Shown piece after piece: positions 57,023 to 64,000 of a stretch of 64,000 nt of DNA. Below the pieces are notes generated by a model. It was given only the letters and a program-made list of their open reading frames with translations. It had not been told where the DNA came from and made no database searches. A program made the position numbers and the translations under genes. Location: positions 106,082,001 through 106,146,000 of the forward strand of contig OX597823.1 in assembly GCA_951406725.2 (NCBI GenBank). Direction: 5' to 3'. The first letter of the stretch is position 1. Each line of letters opens with the position of its first letter. This DNA is from Octopus vulgaris. Lineage: Eukaryota.

Positions 57023-58071
57023 TACGATGGGAAGCCAAAAATTATCTGCACTTTCGCCATACATCATTATTTTTGTCACATTGCCTTCTGCGCTTGCGTG
57101 GTTATAGTTGGTACTATTGTGGTTACGTGATCGAAGTTTGAGCCTGATTGCGCTATTTTTCTTTCTGGCTTTACAGTGTAAGCATGGCTGCTCCATTAGC
57201 AATGTGCACCAAAGAACAAAGAGCAGTGATCCGGTTTCTCTGGTCGGATGGTGTATTAGGTACTCAAATTTATTGGAGAATTTGAACACAATACGGCGAG
57301 AGTGCACTACCGCGTTGAAGTATGTATGAATGGATCGTGAAGTTTAAAAGTGGCCGGACAAGCTACGATCGCTACAACAATGGAGGCGATGAATTTTTGA
57401 GCAGAATAGTCACAGAAGATGAAACTCGGCTCCATCATTATGAGGCGCAATCCAAAAGACAGAATATGGAGTGGAAACATCCTGGCTCGCCAGCGACGAA
57501 GAAACCGAGGACTGAGTCTTCCGCGCGAAAGCTGATGCTAACGCTTTTTGGGGACTGAAAATGGCCTATACTGGAAATCTACCTGGAAAAGTGATGTACG
57601 ATTAATAATGCAAGATACTGTGTTGTGCTGGCCAACGAACTGAAGCCAGCAATTCGTACCAAACGCTGAAGCCTACTGGCCAAGAAGGTTTTGTTGCTGC
57701 ATGACAATAGACGCCCACACACGGCCGCCCGACAGTTGAAACCATTAACCAATGCGTTTTGAGATTTGGAAGACCCTGCCTACAGCTCAGATCTCACTCT
57801 TTCCAACTATCATATCTCTGGACTGCTCAAAGATGGTTTACAAGGTCTTCGATTTCCTACGGATGAAGATGTGAAGGAAGCGGTGTATAAATGGTTGCAC
57901 GGCCAACTGAAAACCTTCTTCAGAGAGGGAATACGCAAGCTTGTGGATCTCTTGTCCAAGTGTATCGAAAAAGAAGATTATATAGAAAAATGACGTATTT
58001 CTTTATCCACTGCTTTTCTGTAAATACATTGAAAAAACAAGAGTGTGTATAATGTTTGACTCACCCTCGTA
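57023..58071 (+). mobile_element. Mariner transposon, internally deleted and decayed
   Basis: TIRs tacgatgggaagccaaaaattatctgcac and gtgtgtataatgtttgactcaccctcgta. Protein pieces EQRAVIRFL, YEWIVKFKSGR, RIVTEDETRLHHYEAQSKRQNMEWKHPGSP, LLHDNRRPH, PAYSSDLTLSNYH, KCIEKEDYIEK. Confidence 0.93.
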
Positions 58072-58254
58072 TATATAACAATTTCCTCTTTCATACATGA
58101 TCCAACAACACGTGTGTTTGAAAATATAATTGAAAGCGCTCACACACACACTAGAAAGAATCTTTTTCCTAAATGGTTAGTGAGGTTGTGACAAAAAACT
58201 CGCTGCTTTAAAATATTATTAAAGAAATCTTTTCGCCAAGATAAATATTTAAAC

Positions 58255-58318
58255 CACCTGATGAATGACTGTAACTCGAAAATTTAAAGAAATTAACAGC
58301 CATGAAACGATCGTAGTG
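58255..58318 (+). ncRNA. Type I hammerhead ribozyme motif (family H5), intact core
   Basis: cac-CTGATGA-atgactgtaa(loop)ttaacagccat-GAAAC-gatc-GTA-gtg. Stem III is the palindrome acgatcgt. Confidence 0.75.
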
Positions 58319-58863
58319 TTATATTAATTATATTTTTTTAATAATTTGGTTATATATTTAAATAATATAAATTAAATAATCTTATGTATTGGCTTAAGTT
58401 TTTCATTGTATGATTTGCCTAATAGTGGTTTTGTCTCTAATTTAATATAATATAATATTTTACTATAAAATTGGATTCAATCCTAAATCTGATTTTTCCC
58501 TGTAAGTTTGGATTTATTCCCTAATATTTATTATATATATATACAGATCCCCATCCGATGCTTATACTGTTCTTTCAGTGTTCTGCTTGGTTATAAACAT
58601 AAATGACTCCGCTGAAGTAAGTCTAAGACATTTTATTTTTAGAGGAAATTAAATAAATATGACTTGAAAAAATTATATAAAAAATTATGATTTAAATCAT
58701 TTTATTAATTTCCCTCCAATATGTATATATGTATGGGTGTTTATATGTTTGTGTGTCTTTGTTTATCCATTACAGTGTCGTATCAAATGCCGTGTCAATT
58801 TTTCTTACAGCTCCTCAGTTCTATGACGAAAGTCTCAAATATTAACTTTGTCTTTCATCTTAC

Positions 58864-59119
58864 CCTTATCAATCCAATATTCAAGTGAACTTCTTTCAAT
58901 TTCAGAACCGTGAATACCGTGTCGTGTGAGCGACCGTTGGGCACCACCTATTGAGTCTCTTTCCGATAAAAAAAAATCTGATTTGCCATCCGAAGGGTCA
59001 ATAGATGTGCTAAAAGAAGGAAGGAACATATTTCTCCCTTCAACAGCGACCGAGGTTTCGATAACCTGAAGACCACTCCTGTTATTTCTTGTTCTCGCTT
59101 CTTGTCCAACATAATGCAT
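58864..59119 (-). CDS. Candidate coding exon of an unidentified host gene (256 nt, phase 0 to 1)
   Basis: Unique, non-repetitive sequence with acceptor tacacAG and donor AGG|GTAAGA. Only one frame is open (MHYVGQEART...SLEYWIDK). No domain recognised. Confidence 0.4.
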
Positions 59120-59264
59120 CTGTGTATATGTATCTATGTATTAGCATATGTATATAAATGTAGACCTTTTGCAGCTGTGAAATGTATACACATATGAATA
59201 AATACATGTATTACCTATAATTTACAAGGCCTGCAAATATACACACCCGCATACATATACATTT

Positions 59265-59332
<68 letters not shown>

Positions 59333-59429
59333 TATACATACATATATATATACACACTCATATATATGCGTGTGTATATGTATGTATGTTTTTACGTATG
59401 TATCTATATATATATATAAATATATATAT

Positions 59430-59470
<41 letters not shown>

Positions 59471-59542
59471 TACATGCAATGCATGCTTACATATATGTGT
59501 GTGTGTATGACTACTGTATGTATACACTATATATATATACAT

Positions 59543-59619
<77 letters not shown>

Positions 59620-60123
59620 AACACATACCAGCAGTCATACATACACACACTCGCATATACACAAATGAAGTGGAAACCATAAATAATATAAATAATAATT
59701 ACTCTAAACTATATAACACACAGCCATTTAAAATACGTCATGTCTGGTGCTAGACGGATTCCAAAGCTTTTAACAGGCAATAGCAGCCATTCTTTTGTCT
59801 ACTTTTCTTCTTTGCTCTCATTCTTTTGTATTTTTCTTTCTTTTTTTCTAACTTCGTCTCTATTTCTTTGTTTGTTTATTTGTGTGTGGGTTTTTTTTTT
59901 AATTCTTTCAACTTCTTTCTTTGTTTATTCCACCCCCTCCCACTTATTTTTAATCTCTTCTTTCTTTAGTTTTTTTCTTCTTTTCTTTCTTTCTTTCTTT
60001 CTTTCGTTCTCGTTTTCGTCTACTTCAATTCTGAAACCATTAAGTTTTTGAAATGATATCAACGATCTCTCTGAAACATTAGATTGCTAACTAAATCAAT
60101 AGTAGATATTAATAATAATAATA

Positions 60124-60180
<57 letters not shown>

Positions 60181-60385
60181 GCAAGGAAAATAATAATAGT
60201 GCAATAAAAGCTAAAAAAAGTAAGTCTACAAAACTACAAAAATAACAATAGCAACAACAACAACAACTGCAATTACAATAAAGCACATTATTAAAAACGA
60301 TATCAAAGATTATTAAAAATATAACGTGTATTTTGTCTGGGAAAGTGAGTATATATGAGCAAGTATTTATGTATATAAATATACA

Positions 60386-60437
<52 letters not shown>

Positions 60438-60445
60438 AGTATAAG

Positions 60446-60476
<31 letters not shown>

Positions 60477-60738
60477 ATGTATATATAGGTATATATGTAT
60501 ATATATATATATATACATACTTACAAACTATCATACATGCAAACACACACAAACACACTCACACATACACACACTCACGCACATACTCACACTCACATTT
60601 ACATATATATGCATATATACTTTCAGAAGTTTCAATGTCTGTGAATATATATCACTCTACGAATGCAAGATGTACGTATGCCTATGTATGCTTATATATA
60701 CACACATATATAAATATATATATGCGTGTGTATGTATG

Positions 60739-60818
<80 letters not shown>

Positions 60819-61530
60819 TATATATATACATTTATATTTGTGTGTATGTATATACATACACACATGCATGCGCATACACATTGAAAAATACACACACACA
60901 CACAGACACGCACACACACACACTCACACACACACACATATATATGTTGTAGGTTCATAAATTACATTTCTTCTTCGGGAGGACAACTGCTATTTGTTTT
61001 GTTTTTTTTTTCTTTTTATTAATTTTTCAATTCTATTATTTATTTATTTTTTAATTTGTAAGCAAAATTCTGGACTCTCTTCAATCTGTGAAATCCAAAT
61101 TTGGTGAAATAAATTCAACCATTGAAGCTGCCCCGCAAAGTATTTCGCCGTTTTTGGGACATACGCACAGAAGGCTGTGCAGTCGAGTGGTTTGGATTAC
61201 ATTCGCATCAAGTCGTTAAAAGTACAGTCATCCATTATCATTTCTAACTATAAACAACTTTTCGTTCGTGTTTTGTCGGCGACAGGATGTGGCTACGATG
61301 TAGAATCAATCGGTGGTACGACGGATCTGGGTTTCATCTACATAAGGCAAAACAAGTATGTGTATCTGGGAGTGCATGTATGTGTGTGTGTGTATGCAAG
61401 TATACTGTGGGAGGAAGAGGTGGAGGGATGAGTATTGGAGAGAGACATCAATGTCACCTACGTATTTAAATTCAGAGTAAGATATCGGAGAAGGTCAGAA
61501 GCTAAAAATTAAAGAATCTGCTGATTTCCT

Positions 61531-61624
<94 letters not shown>

Positions 61625-61673
61625 CATCCATCCATCCATTGATCCATCCATCCATCCATCCATTCATCCATCC

Positions 61674-61721
<48 letters not shown>

Positions 61722-62154
61722 GTCTATGTGTCTTACTGACTGTCTTCGTCTGTCTGTCTGTTGATATATGAACTGATGAGTATACATATGAAGATGCATG
61801 TACACACATATACACATGCACATACACTCACAAACGCGTATGAGTTGACAAGGGAGACTGAAGAGAAAATCGCAATGATGTTTGGGTATTTACTAATAAC
61901 AGACGAAATAAAAGAAACTGAAGATGAAGCATTCAAGAAAGAATATAAAATAAAGATAAACATGCCATTAAGAAATCACTCACACGCATACATGCATACA
62001 CACACACACACAGAAACACGCACACACACACACACACACACAGAAACACGCATACATACATGCATACATACATACATACATACATACATACATACATGCA
62101 TGCATTACATACATGCATTCATTACATACATACATACATACATACATACATTCA

Positions 62155-62185
<31 letters not shown>

Positions 62186-62739
62186 CATACATACACAACC
62201 ATACATACATACATACATACATATATACATACATACATACATACATACACAACCATACATACATACATACATACATACATACATACATACATACATACAT
62301 ACATACACAACCATACATACATACTTACATGCATACATACAGTCAAGCAATTATATGGGACAACAGACATGCATACACAAAAAGAGACATATAACGAACC
62401 AAAAAGATGAACAAATCACCAGATCTATTGAAAGTCGGGGCCGGTATAATTCAGAAAGACATCGGGACAGATATAGCGATAGGCTGGTAAACAGATAGAC
62501 TGACAGATATACTGATATAGAAACAGATACTCCGAGATCAACTGAATTATTAAGTACACAAACATGGCTATTTGGTCAAGGCAAATACATTCAGTCTCAC
62601 AGCTCGGTACCTTGAGTAACTGGCTTCTGTTGCATCACCATGCCGACCAATGCATTGTGGATGCAACTAGAAGACAAGAGTGTGTGGAAGTAAACAATGA
62701 GTGAATGAAGAATAAATGATGAGTTAATGGCGAGTTCTA

Positions 62740-62990
62740 GTCCTTGATGCGGCGTGGCAGCTTGTTTGCGACAATGACCCTGAGATCAATAGCTGCGGCG
62801 CTCGAACTCCTGATGGAGATTTTAATGCTGGTGAGTTCAAAGGATAGAGTCCAGACTAATACGGAGTACTACTTCTTGGAAATGGGTTTGCGTTGGACCA
62901 ACAACCCTAAACTAAAAGAAGAAATCAGAATTGCATACAGAAGCGTCGATGGCAATTCAAAGTCAACAAGATCTGGGAGAAGATAGCCCA
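62740..62990 (+). pseudogene. Possible decayed LINE AP-endonuclease fragment
   Basis: gaactcctgatggagattttaatgct reads as LLM/GDFNA across a frameshift, followed by NGVLLL-like sequence. Confidence 0.3.
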
Positions 62991-63227
62991 GAATCGAAAA
63001 ACACAGGGAAGAAATATTCTAAGTAAGAATGGCGAGTTGTTAATGAGGTCACGCTGCATGAAAAATGAGTAATTGATGAGAGAATAATGGTGGCTGATTG
63101 ATGTGGGAATGATGGGTGAATGATGAGCGATTCAAGACAGAATGATGAGCGGCTTTACGAGTGAATAATAGGAGAGTGAGAAGGGATTATAAAAATATAA
63201 AATGCTAAAAATATTGGTTTCAAATTT

Positions 63228-63426
63228 TGGCTCAAGGCCAGCAACTTCGGAAAGGGACTAAGTCGATTACACGAACCCCATTGCTCAACTGGTACTTATT
63301 TTATGGATTACGAAAGGATGAAAAGTTAAGTCAGTCTCGGAGGAATTTCAAATCAGAATCTAACGACGGATGAAATGTCGGTAAGTATGTTGTCCGGTGT
63401 GCTTAAGATTCTCGTAGCACACCGCC
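63228..63426 (-). mobile_element. SINE family A, diverged
   Basis: actggtacttattttat...gaaaggatgaaa...cggaggaatttcaaatcagaa...caccgcc. Confidence 0.75.
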
Positions 63427-63534
63427 TTAAAAAAATACTGGAATATTACAAACATAAGAATATATAAAAAATATAAAAATGAAAATGTACAGAAATTATA
63501 TTTTGGATAACAATATATATTTCATCGAAACTTT

Positions 63535-63630
<96 letters not shown>

Positions 63631-63649
63631 AAAGTTTCCATATAAAATC

Positions 63650-63825
63650 TTTTACTTGTGACAGTGTCACTGGACCGTGGCTATCCTGCGACAGTGCATC
63701 AAATGTTTTAGTCGGACAAATCAACCGCAGACATTTTCATTTTACCTTTGGCACTTATTCTATCGATCAATTTTGCTGAACCAGTAGTTAAGAGGACGTA
63801 GACAAACCAACGTTTGTTGTCATAC
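63650..63825 (-). mobile_element. SINE family B, 3' half, diverged
   Basis: tcttttacttg...cttattctatcgatcaattttgctgaacc...aggacgtagacaaacc. Confidence 0.6.
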
Positions 63826-63892
63826 AGAGGGTGAATGAGAAACGCAAACTCAAAGGCATTCAAATATACTCTCCATAGATAGATAGCTAGAC

Positions 63893-63936
<44 letters not shown>

Positions 63937-63937
63937 G

Positions 63938-63977
<40 letters not shown>

Positions 63978-64000
63978 TGTTTCTTTATTAGCCACACAGG

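Noticed and set aside
61300-61325. ESIGGT similarity to the vertebrate PTPRD mini-exon A peptide
   Set aside because: A six-residue match without matching exon boundaries; likely chance.

Overview
Eukaryotic, AT-rich, microsatellite-saturated DNA. The repeat repertoire (tRNA-derived SINEs with internal TA/TG tracts, R4/Dong LINE pieces, Penelope-like remnants, Tc1/mariner/Tigger fossils, Helitrons) looks like an intronic or intergenic stretch of an octopus genome; the taxon is my inference. Nearly all ORFs in the supplied track are simple-repeat artefacts. There is no intact recognisable gene, rRNA, true tRNA or CRISPR array. Supported features: a decayed R4/Dong RT segment (about 6.0-8.0 kb), and an internally deleted R4/Dong element sitting in (TAA)n whose 5' end is about 19 copies of a 20-21 bp G-rich unit (13.2-14.7 kb). 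Next to it, and again at 36.5 kb, is a 551-bp noncoding element that also sits in (TAA)n. There are also Tigger, Tc1 and mariner fossils, two Helitrons with a shared CTCG 3' end, and more than 25 SINE copies or fragments. The most striking unannotated signal is eight minimal type I hammerhead-ribozyme motifs from about six sequence families, most with palindromic stem III (dimer-type, Penelope/retrozyme-like). Several fold-back palindromes and a few candidate exons, including a 24-nt microexon, are flagged at low confidence.
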